A DNA stretch of 64,000 nt. It comes from a virus (lineage: Duplodnaviria > Caudoviricetes). The position numbers and the translations under genes were made by a program. The stretch covers positions 23,422-87,421 of IMG/VR virus record IMGVR_UViG_3300031669_000010. One strand, 5' to 3'. Under the pieces are notes generated by a model. That model did not search any database. It saw only the letters and a list, made by a program, of their open reading frames with translations, and was not told the origin of the DNA. Shown piece by piece: positions 39,601-49,098 of this stretch (within the stretch, counting starts at the first letter, position 1; each line of letters starts with the position of its first letter).

Positions 39601-40355
39601 TCTTTTCAGGTAAATGGTTAGATGGGGAATCATCAAAAATTTCTTCGTTTATTTCATGGCCAATGAGAAAGATAACAGAATTAAAAGATGCCGCAATGGA
39701 CTGGATTGATAAAAAATTTGGTGCTGGTACTAGTGAAAAAGCAATGAAAACAGTAACAGATATACTTACAGCTCCATATGATTCTTTAATGAATGTATTT
39801 AGCTGGTTCGGAAATCTCTTTGATAAGATTAAAGAATGGGCAGCAAATAAAATCAAAAAATCATGGCTTGGGAGATTCTTCAGTGATGATGAAATTGATG
39901 AAAAACCGAAACCAGTATCATCAGCGTCAAATGCAATTCCATTTGAAGTATACGGTACCCATAGTGGAAAGAAAGAGTCGATGGCAAAAGCTATATCAAC
40001 ACTATCTGAAACTGATATAATTCCATCCGAAGTATATGGTACACATGCTCCAAAAGAAGCTGCTACTAAAAAGTCAGACGCTGCAATGAAAAAAATGACA
40101 GCAGAAGCACAAGCCAGAGCAATTGAAAATGAAAAAGAAATGGCAGCAGTAGAAGCATTTGAGAAAATAGGAAATAAACTTCAATCATCTCATAATCAAA
40201 CAACAGCTGCTGTAATACAAAATACAAATGTAATATCTTCATCAAACAAGAACAGTATAGTTAATGGTGGAGGCGGAAGCGGAAGCGGAGGAAGAAAATC
40301 ATTTTCTTCTGGTCCTAATTTTGCAGGTGATGTAGTAGCATGCAACATCAAGTAA
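36651..40355 (+). CDS. Tape measure protein
   Basis: 1234 aa, helical; Gly/Ala-rich hydrophobic segment; Trp-periodic (T/S)WP repeats. Confidence 0.8.
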   Translation: MADNENIRPSADLLNDTSINMASDRARRISSLHRTSEDLVRQSNTKRLQVSSEISAITKQQQKMKATLELERGEMTTDIASGYSEVLKGLGRTINSLATGVKNITIDTGKATSDAISQYGKAVGEDISINKTNTIAMALSRSTPLFGYFAAKFMETDVFKNAATGIKDRVTDAMKEGVSRAGSGIANVFRRGKEKLDESKEVHPATVSDLAQLKRDMAGEMPKLQEGGYVKQGGVVEVHAAEVVTPIDKLLKQIDEAKSSDISRKLDKTLSMMSQSLTRLETVVVQREDSQKGLVQTFIQEFMNAKNTRESAYQERLLKAILELKVGLIGMTSRIRIAWQRTLLQHPLFRNILFFSDLVQTAMLSPIKFLFGVRGGYAGDVRGATRTNNVFLKISNLLAMTYTTLMPKLDDIALYTKATAEGIVGGPVEGATQQGYTMFGKIKEMLTTRSIQSPGEKIFDMLIDRLGLDRGAMEEAGITGIGGFAHPGRIMRNMGASGENLRATAFGESRDRRPEDNPIYKVYAYSRDKAENVWHYMSNKLSELSNMKRDQEDREGPHSPSMAENIAKTAGLTEDRLEDAKNSDEQANKIRKSQLGLTKRMGKRLRKMGSQIWDWLLFGFTFLKDMFFKGIGTLKTFLQPLITAALTAGGAALSKIGGVGGLAGGMSLAAGVAMGVYDGMRAVALSDEWKTSKASAAVGGFLGGTDKGVSGAAKGALKGGLIGAGIGSFFPVVGTAIGGAIGAIAGGILGFIGGENIASGIDALAGYLKKFIMAAWGIIKWPFEMIGKGFTWLKENLTWENIKAWAITGWDTYWSFITWPYKKAKEGIDWVYKKAKEFLTTGWLGENLDTITSFITWPYRKIKELWTSVKEFFTSDEPLSVKAQKVIDFVTWPVRKILEVKDWVMEKISSLLSDTWLGQKVQKVIDFVTWPYRKIKELSQSVKDFFTSDEPLSVKVQKITDFITWPMRKIMELKDWAKNKIKSFFSGKWLDGESSKISSFISWPMRKITELKDAAMDWIDKKFGAGTSEKAMKTVTDILTAPYDSLMNVFSWFGNLFDKIKEWAANKIKKSWLGRFFSDDEIDEKPKPVSSASNAIPFEVYGTHSGKKESMAKAISTLSETDIIPSEVYGTHAPKEAATKKSDAAMKKMTAEAQARAIENEKEMAAVEAFEKIGNKLQSSHNQTTAAVIQNTNVISSSNKNSIVNGGGGSGSGGRKSFSSGPNFAGDVVACNIK
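39214..39651 (+). repeat. Imperfect 219-nt (73-aa) tandem duplication inside the tape measure gene
   Basis: TTACATGGCCATATAGAAAAATTAAAGAATT at 39214 and 39433; ATCAGTAAAAGA at 39251 and 39470. Confidence 0.85.
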
Positions 40356-40366
40356 GGAGATAAAAA

Positions 40367-41662
40367 ATGGCACAAAAAATAAACCTAGATCCCTTTATGG
40401 GGGTGTATGGGTTACCTCCGTCTACATGGCTAAGCGATGATATGATTGTTAATAGTATGCCAGTGTTTGACATTATACCTGCTAAACCCGAGTTTTCAGA
40501 AGGCTTGAACTTATTTAGAGTAGAAGATGATTCAGAAAGGTATTTAAAAATTCTTGCTACTCATGGTTATACAACAGCAATCCCAATTCGTGTAGCATTC
40601 TTAGCAGACAACTTTCCTACTGATTCATTTACAAATGACTACGGAGAGACATTCCTTCAAAAATTTACAGATGTTGCATCACAAGGTATGTCACAGCTTG
40701 CTCAAATGACAGGATCACAAACAGGAACAGAAGCACTACGAAATATAGGTGGTTCTCTTTCTGATCTTGGTGAAGATATGGGGGGAATGATGGGCGGCGC
40801 ACTAAGCGGTGTTGGTGGTGCAGCATCAGGAGCTGGTAGTGGAATAGAAAAATTACTTCGTAGAATGGAAAGTAATGATGCTGGCGGAGTAACTAATGTT
40901 ATGGGTGGAGGAGTTCAACTTATCAACAAAATGGTTGCTGGACATAGAGTAGACTTTCCACAAGTCTGGAGAAACAGCGGATTTTCTCCATCATACACAG
41001 CAACTGTAAGATTATACAACCCAAATCCATCAAGTGATAAAGCAACGGAACAATATATAATTGGTCCTCTTGCTGTACTATTGGCTTTAGCCCTTCCAAC
41101 ATCAGATGATGGAAAAACATATAATTGGCCATTCTTTCATAAAATAAAGTCGCCAGGAATTTATGGTTTGGATCCAGCAGTTATTACAAATATGACTGTG
41201 GTTAAGGGTGGGGATCAACAACAAATTGCATATAATCAAAGACTTGGTATGGTGGATGTAAGAATTGACTTTACAAGTTTGTATAATACTTTGCTTGCTG
41301 AGGAAGGAACAGGAAACATTACAAACAGACCCACATTGAAAAGTTATCTTAAAGCAATGAAGGATATAGATCCTTCTCTATCAAGAAATAGACAAGTAAT
41401 GAGAGCCGGAATAGCCCCTCGTGCCGGAGTACAACCAGGTGGGACGAGATTTAGTTCTAGAACTGGAAGCGAGGATTCATCAAGTGTAGCAAGAAGAAAT
41501 TTAATTGCAAAAAATGAAGCAGCAAGACAAAGACAGGCTCCAAAGATAACAGAAGTTCTTGCGCGTACTAGAGTTCCTGTTGCAATTACTAATCAACAAA
41601 GAACCTTAGTAATAGATTCTGATCGAACCTTCATTGAGATTAATCCTGATGTTATTGTTTAA
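40367..41662 (+). CDS. Tail/baseplate junction protein (tube-fold-like, putative)
   Basis: Follows the tape measure gene; FPQVW...SYTATVRLYNP...VITNMTVVKG...VDVRIDF. Confidence 0.45.
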   Translation: MAQKINLDPFMGVYGLPPSTWLSDDMIVNSMPVFDIIPAKPEFSEGLNLFRVEDDSERYLKILATHGYTTAIPIRVAFLADNFPTDSFTNDYGETFLQKFTDVASQGMSQLAQMTGSQTGTEALRNIGGSLSDLGEDMGGMMGGALSGVGGAASGAGSGIEKLLRRMESNDAGGVTNVMGGGVQLINKMVAGHRVDFPQVWRNSGFSPSYTATVRLYNPNPSSDKATEQYIIGPLAVLLALALPTSDDGKTYNWPFFHKIKSPGIYGLDPAVITNMTVVKGGDQQQIAYNQRLGMVDVRIDFTSLYNTLLAEEGTGNITNRPTLKSYLKAMKDIDPSLSRNRQVMRAGIAPRAGVQPGGTRFSSRTGSEDSSSVARRNLIAKNEAARQRQAPKITEVLARTRVPVAITNQQRTLVIDSDRTFIEINPDVIV

Positions 41663-42771
41663 CAAACAGTATTTTTCAATACCATAGTCAAATAGTAGGC
41701 GAGATATAAATTAATAAGGAATTGAGTTTGGCTTGTTTGACTTGTATATTTCTTTTTATAATCTATTTCATCGAGAATGTTCATTAGGAGAACATTGATT
41801 TGTTGTTTAAAATAAATTTTCATTCTTGTTCTTTTAATGGACATCAATTGTCTAACGTAGGACTCGTATTTGCTTCCACAGAGAGACTTAGCATCTGTTA
41901 AATCCCTCATATACATTCTATAAATAACTCTTAAATTATCTGAGTATTTGGTGTTATTTAACTTCGATACGATTTGAGTCGCAAGTGACGCATTGATTTT
42001 TGCAAGACGTCTGGCATCTTCTTGTGATTTACGATCGACGAATCTATAAACTGTTATTTTCTTTGTTATAGTATCTGCAAGAGTAATTCCTTTATCAGCT
42101 GCTTTTATCTGATAAACATTTTCATCATCCTCAGATGGTTCAACATCACTTCTTATACCAGTTCCTTCTTCAGTTGCTTTATAATATGTTTGCGCAAAAC
42201 TTTTCATACTCTGAGAAACTCTGGTTCTGCTATCCTGCATAAACTTTGAAATATCATCAAGATCCCCACCACGAATACCTTTAGTCCATCGTCTAACCAT
42301 CTCAGATGCAAGATAAAAAATAGCATTTGAAATTGTTTTCTCTCTGGCAAATAAATGGGTTTTAGTTAAAACTTCTAATGCATATTTAAAAGCTTCTTCG
42401 TTACAAAACTTAAATGATTTATGCATTAGATTTGCATAATGTCTAATCATAAAGAAAACCATCATATATCTGTATGCAGTTTTATCTCCCTTTTTTAGAA
42501 AATACTGCATAAGAAGAACATAAAAATTTGCAATAGCATTGCTTTGTGTTGCAAATTTAGCTTCTTTCCTTCCCTTCCAACGTCTTTTAGCAAATTCTCT
42601 TATATCCTTTTCTTCAAGACCTGTCAATTTTAGAAATGAATATAAATCCTTTTTGACTTCCGGATAGTAACATGGTTCAGATAGAGAACTTAAATTTTTA
42701 GCAACGGTTCTTGTCAAATGGCTCTTTAATTGTGAGTCATTGATTTTTGCTTTAGCAAGTAACTGATCCAT
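41659..42771 (-). CDS. Helical basic protein; candidate sigma-like RNAP specificity subunit
   Basis: 370 aa; DDISKFMQDSRTRVSQSMKSFAQTYYKATEEG recalls jumbo-phage promoter-specificity subunits (from memory, unverified). Confidence 0.35.
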   Translation of the reverse strand: MDQLLAKAKINDSQLKSHLTRTVAKNLSSLSEPCYYPEVKKDLYSFLKLTGLEEKDIREFAKRRWKGRKEAKFATQSNAIANFYVLLMQYFLKKGDKTAYRYMMVFFMIRHYANLMHKSFKFCNEEAFKYALEVLTKTHLFAREKTISNAIFYLASEMVRRWTKGIRGGDLDDISKFMQDSRTRVSQSMKSFAQTYYKATEEGTGIRSDVEPSEDDENVYQIKAADKGITLADTITKKITVYRFVDRKSQEDARRLAKINASLATQIVSKLNNTKYSDNLRVIYRMYMRDLTDAKSLCGSKYESYVRQLMSIKRTRMKIYFKQQINVLLMNILDEIDYKKKYTSQTSQTQFLINLYLAYYLTMVLKNTVC

Positions 42772-42774
42772 ATA

Positions 42775-45264
42775 TTATACCACCCTAACTGTAATAGTAT
42801 CTTCTGTAAAATAAACATACTCCGGTCCATATCTTAATAGTTGATCTTCGGTTAATTCTAATAATTTAAAATTAAAGAATATACTTGTTTCAGGTTTTCT
42901 TAATCTACAATGGTTTACTCCTTCAACATCCTGAACAACATCAATGATTTCAGATCTATAAATTTCTGCTGCAGTTCCAAACCTATCTTGGAATGCCTCA
43001 AGAAGTGCAAGTCTAACAGTATTTTGTAATGAGGATAAAGTTCCACTAAATGATGAATCCCTAAACACCTCAACTTCAATTTGAAGAGGAATGTTATAAA
43101 GAGGCATTGGAATCCACCCACCTTCCGAATAAATATAATTTTCTCCCTCGCTTACAATATAACAAATAGAATCAGCAACTGCTTCTTCATAAACAAATGT
43201 CAATGCTGTTGCATCTGTACATCTAATAATACTATCCTGGTGCGGATCATTTCTATCGCAAGGAGCAAAAATATATCTATCACCAACAGAACATGAACCC
43301 GGCAAAGTTTCAACCAGATCAAGAACTTCTGAAATCGTAGGTTGATTAAGAAGCATTGAACTCAATATACCAAACGTGTTTGTGAACTTGATATTTGAAA
43401 AGTCAGTTAACATTCGAGCATCTGCAAGATCAGCAGAACTGATTAAGGTCTGAAGAACTTGAAGTTCAAATGATTTCTGGTTGATAGCATCGTAGTAGTC
43501 TTTTTCAATAACCGGAACATCAAACACAATTGCTGATGTACCATCTATTTCGATATTTGATCTCATGAATGTACTTAAATCAGCCCTGAATGTGGCCTTA
43601 TTTGAATATAAAGAAACTTCAGCATTGCTAGGATCTCTAATTGTAAATTCATATGTTTGTTCACCTGATGGAATATCAGTATATGGATCAAATGTGTAAA
43701 TATAATACCCACCCGTTGAATCTGTAGTCATTGTCTTTGTTGATCCACTTGATCTAATAACCATTTCACACGTTGTTAATTCAGAATCAGATTCAGTTGA
43801 TTTATAATGAAGCTTAAATATTCCTTGTGTACCGATTCTTTCAATTTCTAATAGATCTGCGTAGACATCATATGTTGATGTATAGCTAGTTTCCAAAGCA
43901 GGCAGAACCTCAATCTCAAAAATGATATATTCGTATTCACCAACTGTATTATGAAGGTCAAGATCTATTTCAAAGATATTATAATATTGATGATCCCCAA
44001 TTGTTATAAGTTCATTTCTATATAGTCTTGTGGTTGTTATAGGAACTGTCCATTCTGCATTTCTAGTAGGTACTAAATTCTCAATATCAGTTGTTCCTGA
44101 TCCAAACAATAAAGCACTGAACAGCTCGATTTCATTAACTTGTAAATCAGATCGTTTAAGTACAGGTAGTGCATTTTGAGCAAATGGTAGTGAAGGGACT
44201 ACAACATTGATATCTTCATAATCCCCACCTGTGACCAGACGTTCTAATGTTCTAATACTAGCAATTGAATTTCGTCTGACTTCCTCAAGAGATTCTTCAT
44301 CCACACCACCAAATGCAGAAGAAGCATTTATGACTTCATAGTCAACAACTTGATTAAGTCCAGTGATGGTGCTTGTCAAATAAATTCTTTCACCATCTCT
44401 TATTGAACCAGTAATTACATTTCCATCTGCTCCAAGCGTCGTAAGAGTCGTTACAAAAACAGTTGATCCGGGAGTTGGTTGAACTCCAACAAGATCATTA
44501 CCAAATGTTAGCCTTCTACCTGTATCAGTTCTCCTCGATACATATCCCTTATCAGTAGGATTCATTAGAAAAAGACTTGGAAACTCTGTCCATAAAACTG
44601 TTCCTGAACTGCCAGGATCTTGTATGCGAACTTCTAACCCAGCAACCTCTCCAGAAATAGGAATATCCAATGTAATAAATTGATATTGTTGTGTATCAGA
44701 ATCAATCTGAAATTCCTGCTCTATAATTTTAGTTTGTGTTAATGGTAATACAAAACTGAATGATTCTGTTGTTATATCCACAGGTAGATTATATCTTTTA
44801 TTACCCTCAAGAACTTGTACCGTAACATTTGCATTATTGTTTACGTTTATAGTTGTTGTATAATAGGTTACAAATTCTGCATTCCCATCAGCACTGAATT
44901 TAAACTCCTCAGGAATTGAGAATTGTACAATCGGGTCATCGAAACCAAATGGAATTGTCATAAGAACATTAACTGTAGAAGGAGTTGCTTCAACTGTATT
45001 ATAACCAAGAAATGCGGAAAGGTTTAAAATTGACTCAGGTAATTGCGCTTTTGTTAAGAAGAACTCACGGTATGTTGAAATTTGATAAAATAAAAGGTTA
45101 CCGGTTATAGTAGAGACTGTATCAATTAAAAAACTAAGGAATGACGACTTCGTTAAATCCACATTCTCAAGTTCTAAATATCTCTTTACTTCATCAGCTA
45201 TAAGTTCACGGTACGAATCTCTAGACAGATATATCTGTTCTGATAATAATGTATCGGTTGCCAT
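42775..45264 (-). CDS. Baseplate wedge protein (T4 gp6/baseplate J-like)
   Basis: ESILNLSAFLGY, TLGADGN, GGVDEESLEEVRRN, RLVTGGDY. Confidence 0.88.
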   Translation of the reverse strand: MATDTLLSEQIYLSRDSYRELIADEVKRYLELENVDLTKSSFLSFLIDTVSTITGNLLFYQISTYREFFLTKAQLPESILNLSAFLGYNTVEATPSTVNVLMTIPFGFDDPIVQFSIPEEFKFSADGNAEFVTYYTTTINVNNNANVTVQVLEGNKRYNLPVDITTESFSFVLPLTQTKIIEQEFQIDSDTQQYQFITLDIPISGEVAGLEVRIQDPGSSGTVLWTEFPSLFLMNPTDKGYVSRRTDTGRRLTFGNDLVGVQPTPGSTVFVTTLTTLGADGNVITGSIRDGERIYLTSTITGLNQVVDYEVINASSAFGGVDEESLEEVRRNSIASIRTLERLVTGGDYEDINVVVPSLPFAQNALPVLKRSDLQVNEIELFSALLFGSGTTDIENLVPTRNAEWTVPITTTRLYRNELITIGDHQYYNIFEIDLDLHNTVGEYEYIIFEIEVLPALETSYTSTYDVYADLLEIERIGTQGIFKLHYKSTESDSELTTCEMVIRSSGSTKTMTTDSTGGYYIYTFDPYTDIPSGEQTYEFTIRDPSNAEVSLYSNKATFRADLSTFMRSNIEIDGTSAIVFDVPVIEKDYYDAINQKSFELQVLQTLISSADLADARMLTDFSNIKFTNTFGILSSMLLNQPTISEVLDLVETLPGSCSVGDRYIFAPCDRNDPHQDSIIRCTDATALTFVYEEAVADSICYIVSEGENYIYSEGGWIPMPLYNIPLQIEVEVFRDSSFSGTLSSLQNTVRLALLEAFQDRFGTAAEIYRSEIIDVVQDVEGVNHCRLRKPETSIFFNFKLLELTEDQLLRYGPEYVYFTEDTITVRVV

Positions 45265-45275
45265 CCTTTATCTCC

Positions 45276-45953
45276 TTAGCAAGGAATTGGAATTCTTGGT
45301 GTAAAATAAAATCCAACTCTATTGTCAAACAATGTATCCTTTAAAATTGGTTTCAAAAGCGAATCTTTATACAGTAGTCTTGATATAAATTGAGCATCAG
45401 CAAGAGTGTGTATTTGTTTATCATATTCAACAAATGAATATGTATTCTCAACTTGAGCATCCACAGCTTCAAGAGTTTCACTTTGAAATACTTGACATTT
45501 TAATCTCCAATATCTTCTATCTGTATTGGGATGTATCTCTACTCCAGTTACTTGATAAAGAGGATATACATTATTCTTTGGCTGTAAATACTCTTGTTCA
45601 AGCTTTATAATATCATGGGGATAGGGTTTGAAATTATATGTGCTTGGGATAACGATTGTAGTTTCTGTATTTTTATTGTATCCGATTTCTTCACCATCAA
45701 ATGATGTAGTGATTTCTTCCGGATAATATACGGGTAATAATAAAATCTTGTTTCTTTTTATTCCTGTTAAATCGCCCGTTTGTTCATATGCACCACCAAA
45801 TACATCCTCATCTTCCCAAATAGTTTGTCCGATATCTAAATTGTAATAAGTTACCAAATATCTAACGACGGATTTGCTATAATAATCATAAAGTAGCTTT
45901 TGATACTCATGAACGTATTCATATAACCGTTCATAATTTTGCATATATTCCAT
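45276..45953 (-). CDS. Virion structural protein (possible neck/head-closure protein)
   Basis: Structural module location; beta-rich; KPYPHDII...LYQVTGVE. Confidence 0.4.
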   Translation of the reverse strand: MEYMQNYERLYEYVHEYQKLLYDYYSKSVVRYLVTYYNLDIGQTIWEDEDVFGGAYEQTGDLTGIKRNKILLLPVYYPEEITTSFDGEEIGYNKNTETTIVIPSTYNFKPYPHDIIKLEQEYLQPKNNVYPLYQVTGVEIHPNTDRRYWRLKCQVFQSETLEAVDAQVENTYSFVEYDKQIHTLADAQFISRLLYKDSLLKPILKDTLFDNRVGFYFTPRIPIPC

Positions 45954-47128
45954 TATGAATTACCTTTTGCTTCTTTTGCTTTCCTCATCTCTGATTTTAA
46001 TACTGAATTGAATTTTATTTTTCTCTCAACCTCTCTTTGCTTCCAATCTTCAAGCATTGTGTAAAGTTTCTTTTTACATTTGACAGGATTGTTAGATTTA
46101 CCACATTTTTTCAATTGTGTATTTAACATTACAACAGCATATTTTGCTGATAAATAACCACATTGATTAATGCACAAGGTCTTGCTATATTTACTTTGTT
46201 TCATGCATTTGCCTACACATGCAATGCTTTGTTTCTTTATAATATAGTTTACAACATCATTTAAAAATGGAACTGGAACAACCCATAGACCCATGTATAA
46301 TGCTTGTCTTGCATATTTTTCTTTTTGAGGATCAATCTTTACAGGTGCAATATCTGGTTCTGAGTTACTGTTATCTTTTTTTTTAAATGAAAATTCACTT
46401 AGAGCATGATAAACTTTTAAGTGTGTTCTGAATGTGAGATTTTCTCTAACTCTTTTATCCTCAGAAACTAGATTAAATACTTTAGATACAGGAATTTGAT
46501 AACTTGCAGCAATGGTTTTAGCTTTTTTGGCTAACTCTTTTGCTCTTTTCTTTCTTATCTTTTCTTCTACTCCCAACTTTGCCTGATTCAATTTGACCAT
46601 CTGAGATTGTAATCTTCTTGACCATTTGATAAATTCTTTTCTTAGACTCTTTTCACATTTAGTAGGATTAGAAAATGCACGGCATTTTGATATTTCTGAT
46701 CTAAGATCAGATACAATTTTTTGAACCGCATTTACTTGACACTCATAACGACAGATTTTTCTTTGATTTGATAGTGGTATTCTACCAAGACACGATCTCG
46801 AACAAGTATCAGTTAACTTTCTGAAGATATAAAGAATGAACATAGCAACTGGAGGTCCTGGTCCTAAAAAGGTACCCACTATTCCACCCGCAATTGCTGC
46901 AAAACTATACTTCAAAAATTTCTTAAACTTACTTTCAAATTCTTTTATATCTTCTGTGATAGTTAATCCTATAACATCTTCATAACTAAGAGATGAAATA
47001 AAGTTACATAAGTTAACATGTTCCTTAAACGTAAGTTTGCTTTTTAATGCTTGACTATCAAGAGTCGCTTCTAGTATATATTTTCTTCCAACGTCTCTTA
47101 AAATATTTCTGTCCTCTTGAGAAATCAT
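45953..47128 (-). CDS. Cys-rich basic virion-associated protein with two repeated modules
   Basis: Two hydrophobic segments, each followed by C-xxx-C...C-xxx-C...KC-x7-KC. Confidence 0.6.
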   Translation of the reverse strand: MISQEDRNILRDVGRKYILEATLDSQALKSKLTFKEHVNLCNFISSLSYEDVIGLTITEDIKEFESKFKKFLKYSFAAIAGGIVGTFLGPGPPVAMFILYIFRKLTDTCSRSCLGRIPLSNQRKICRYECQVNAVQKIVSDLRSEISKCRAFSNPTKCEKSLRKEFIKWSRRLQSQMVKLNQAKLGVEEKIRKKRAKELAKKAKTIAASYQIPVSKVFNLVSEDKRVRENLTFRTHLKVYHALSEFSFKKKDNSNSEPDIAPVKIDPQKEKYARQALYMGLWVVPVPFLNDVVNYIIKKQSIACVGKCMKQSKYSKTLCINQCGYLSAKYAVVMLNTQLKKCGKSNNPVKCKKKLYTMLEDWKQREVERKIKFNSVLKSEMRKAKEAKGNS

Positions 47129-47131
47129 TTA

Positions 47132-47572
47132 TTACACCTCTGTTGATTCAAAGAATTTAAAGTAAAGGGCTTCGTCAATAACAACTGCTAATTGACCAAC
47201 ATTACCATCATAATTAACATCGACGGCAACAGTAAAACCTTTTTGATTTGGAAAAAACGTAACATCCACATTTTCAATACTTGCTCGATCATCATATTTC
47301 AATAGATTATTTGTAACCTCGTCAATAACTTTATTGACAGTAACTTCATCAGCAGGTTCAAAAATCATTTTGTATAAATTGCTTCCATACTCAGGATCAA
47401 ACATATAAGTTCTTCTTGGAGTAATCAAAATATTATTCCATGAACTAATGAGAACTTCGATATCTTTGATTCTTTTGAAGTCACCTTTTGGAGCAACAAC
47501 TGAAGTATAATCAGCTAATTTAGAATTTGAACCAGCAACTGTTTCATTAAATCTATCTAACAAATTAGCCAT
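47132..47572 (-). CDS. Baseplate wedge gp25-like protein
   Basis: ISSWNNILITPRRTYMFDPEYGSNLYKMIFEP...YDDRASIENVDV. Confidence 0.9.
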   Translation of the reverse strand: MANLLDRFNETVAGSNSKLADYTSVVAPKGDFKRIKDIEVLISSWNNILITPRRTYMFDPEYGSNLYKMIFEPADEVTVNKVIDEVTNNLLKYDDRASIENVDVTFFPNQKGFTVAVDVNYDGNVGQLAVVIDEALYFKFFESTEV

Positions 47573-47584
47573 ATTGATTTCCTA

Positions 47585-47719
47585 TTACCGTTTTTTACTT
47601 TCTTCTGCGAATCTTTTTTGTTTTTCTTCCTCTAACTGTGTTTTCCACTTGAGGTAGTCCTGAAATCTTTTGAGTGGCATGAGCAGAACATCAGTGTAAG
47701 ATTGTCCACTCATTTCCAT
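47585..47719 (-). CDS. Short ORF, or frameshift extension of the upstream tail chaperone (gp51/GT-like)
   Basis: MEMSGQSYTDVLLMPLKRFQDYLKWK...; the frame stays open upstream to the TTTTTTC at 47789-47795. Confidence 0.6.
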   Translation of the reverse strand: MEMSGQSYTDVLLMPLKRFQDYLKWKTQLEEEKQKRFAEESKKR

Positions 47720-47768
47720 ACATGCAAAAATGTTCTCAGCGATAGTTTCCTTAAATTCTGAAATAGAA

Positions 47769-48560
47769 TTATGCTGAGAACAATGCGCGAAAAAAGCTTT
47801 CCACTAAATCAATGTCGTAAGTATCTGGCTTACCACAGCTCGTACAATGACTTTGCATTTTAAGTTCAATACCGTAATCTCCAAAGCTTTTTGCATATGC
47901 TTTGTAGATTGCTCTTTTATCTCGAGCAGGCAGTGATAAGTAAGCATCAATAATATCAGCTCCGTCAGTATATTTAACAGGTTCTTTCTTCTCTTCAATA
48001 TCTTGTTCAAAGCTATCAATGATTAGTGTTTCGGTAATTAATTCAATTGAACTTCCAGGTCTGTTTATTAATGATGAGACTCCGTGAATTTCATCAAGTA
48101 GAGTCGGTTGTTTAACAGTTACAAAAACTCCCTTTGATACTGGTAATTCAACTTTGTTTCTATCACTTATAACATCATCACCTGGATAAGGATTAAAGTT
48201 AAATGTACTTGATGCCTGAACGGTTACAGGATATTCCGTTCCACAAGATTTACATTTTAACTGATAATTTCTAATTTCCTCGTATGTAATATGATATAGA
48301 CCATACAGTAAAGCGTCTCTATCTTTCAATGTTGTAGTTCGAAGAAATGAATCAAGATCTACAACCTCTTTTGGTTTGGTGGCAAGTGAGTTAAAAATAC
48401 ATGTATTTAGATGTTCCGCAATTTTAGTTGGAGTAATTAAACTCCCTTTTAATTTTTCTTCTTCCTGAACGTTGAGTGATCTCAAAGTAAAGGATTTTTT
48501 AGTCTGTGGTGTTATTACTTCATACTCTGGATAATCTACTGCAAAACCTTTGAATGTCAT
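47769..48560 (-). CDS. Baseplate hub assembly/tail chaperone (T4 gp26-like)
   Basis: LRSLNVQEEEKL, DRDALLYGL, CKSC and CTSC pairs. Confidence 0.7.
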   Translation of the reverse strand: MTFKGFAVDYPEYEVITPQTKKSFTLRSLNVQEEEKLKGSLITPTKIAEHLNTCIFNSLATKPKEVVDLDSFLRTTTLKDRDALLYGLYHITYEEIRNYQLKCKSCGTEYPVTVQASSTFNFNPYPGDDVISDRNKVELPVSKGVFVTVKQPTLLDEIHGVSSLINRPGSSIELITETLIIDSFEQDIEEKKEPVKYTDGADIIDAYLSLPARDKRAIYKAYAKSFGDYGIELKMQSHCTSCGKPDTYDIDLVESFFRALFSA

Positions 48561-48597
48561 TTTCTTAATCTCCTTTCATTCACATTCTAATTAATAA

Positions 48598-49083
48598 TTA
48601 TTTGGGCAGACTTGCTTTCATAGCTTTCTTTTTGTCTGCTTGTTGTTTCTGATGTGCTTGGTAAGCTTTAGATTGTTTACCATGTTTGGATATATCTTTA
48701 ACACATGCTTTATAGTGATCACTTGTTTTATCTGGAAACATACTCCTACACTTCTTCATTGCTGAAATTTTGTAAGCAGCCCATGTTCCTGCGACTGCTG
48801 CAGCTGCGACACCAAGCAGCGGAAGTTCAGTTAAAGCATGTAGCGATGCTTTCTTTAAAGTTTCATTAACATTTGATGTTAAAAATCTATCATCAATGAT
48901 CTGTTTTGAATTTTCATCAAGCGACTCTTTGGTGATAATTTCACCATCCATTGCAAGAACTTTAATTTGATGCTCATTGGCTTTTTCAATGAACTTTATA
49001 AGTTGAAGTTTTGCCTCTTTTGATAGTTTTTCATTTTCTGAAAAAATACTAACAAGACCCAACTTCATTCTATTTGTATCCAT
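48598..49083 (-). CDS. Small virion-associated protein, paralog family of 45953-47128
   Basis: LKFIEKANEHQIKVL..DGEI; hydrophobic segment then KC...AC. Confidence 0.6.
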   Translation of the reverse strand: MDTNRMKLGLVSIFSENEKLSKEAKLQLIKFIEKANEHQIKVLAMDGEIITKESLDENSKQIIDDRFLTSNVNETLKKASLHALTELPLLGVAAAAVAGTWAAYKISAMKKCRSMFPDKTSDHYKACVKDISKHGKQSKAYQAHQKQQADKKKAMKASLPK

Positions 49084-49098
49084 TTGTAACTATCCTCC

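Noticed and set aside
39000-39700. Repeats as a possible CRISPR array
   Set aside because: They are in-frame degenerate coding repeats of the tape measure protein with no unique spacers
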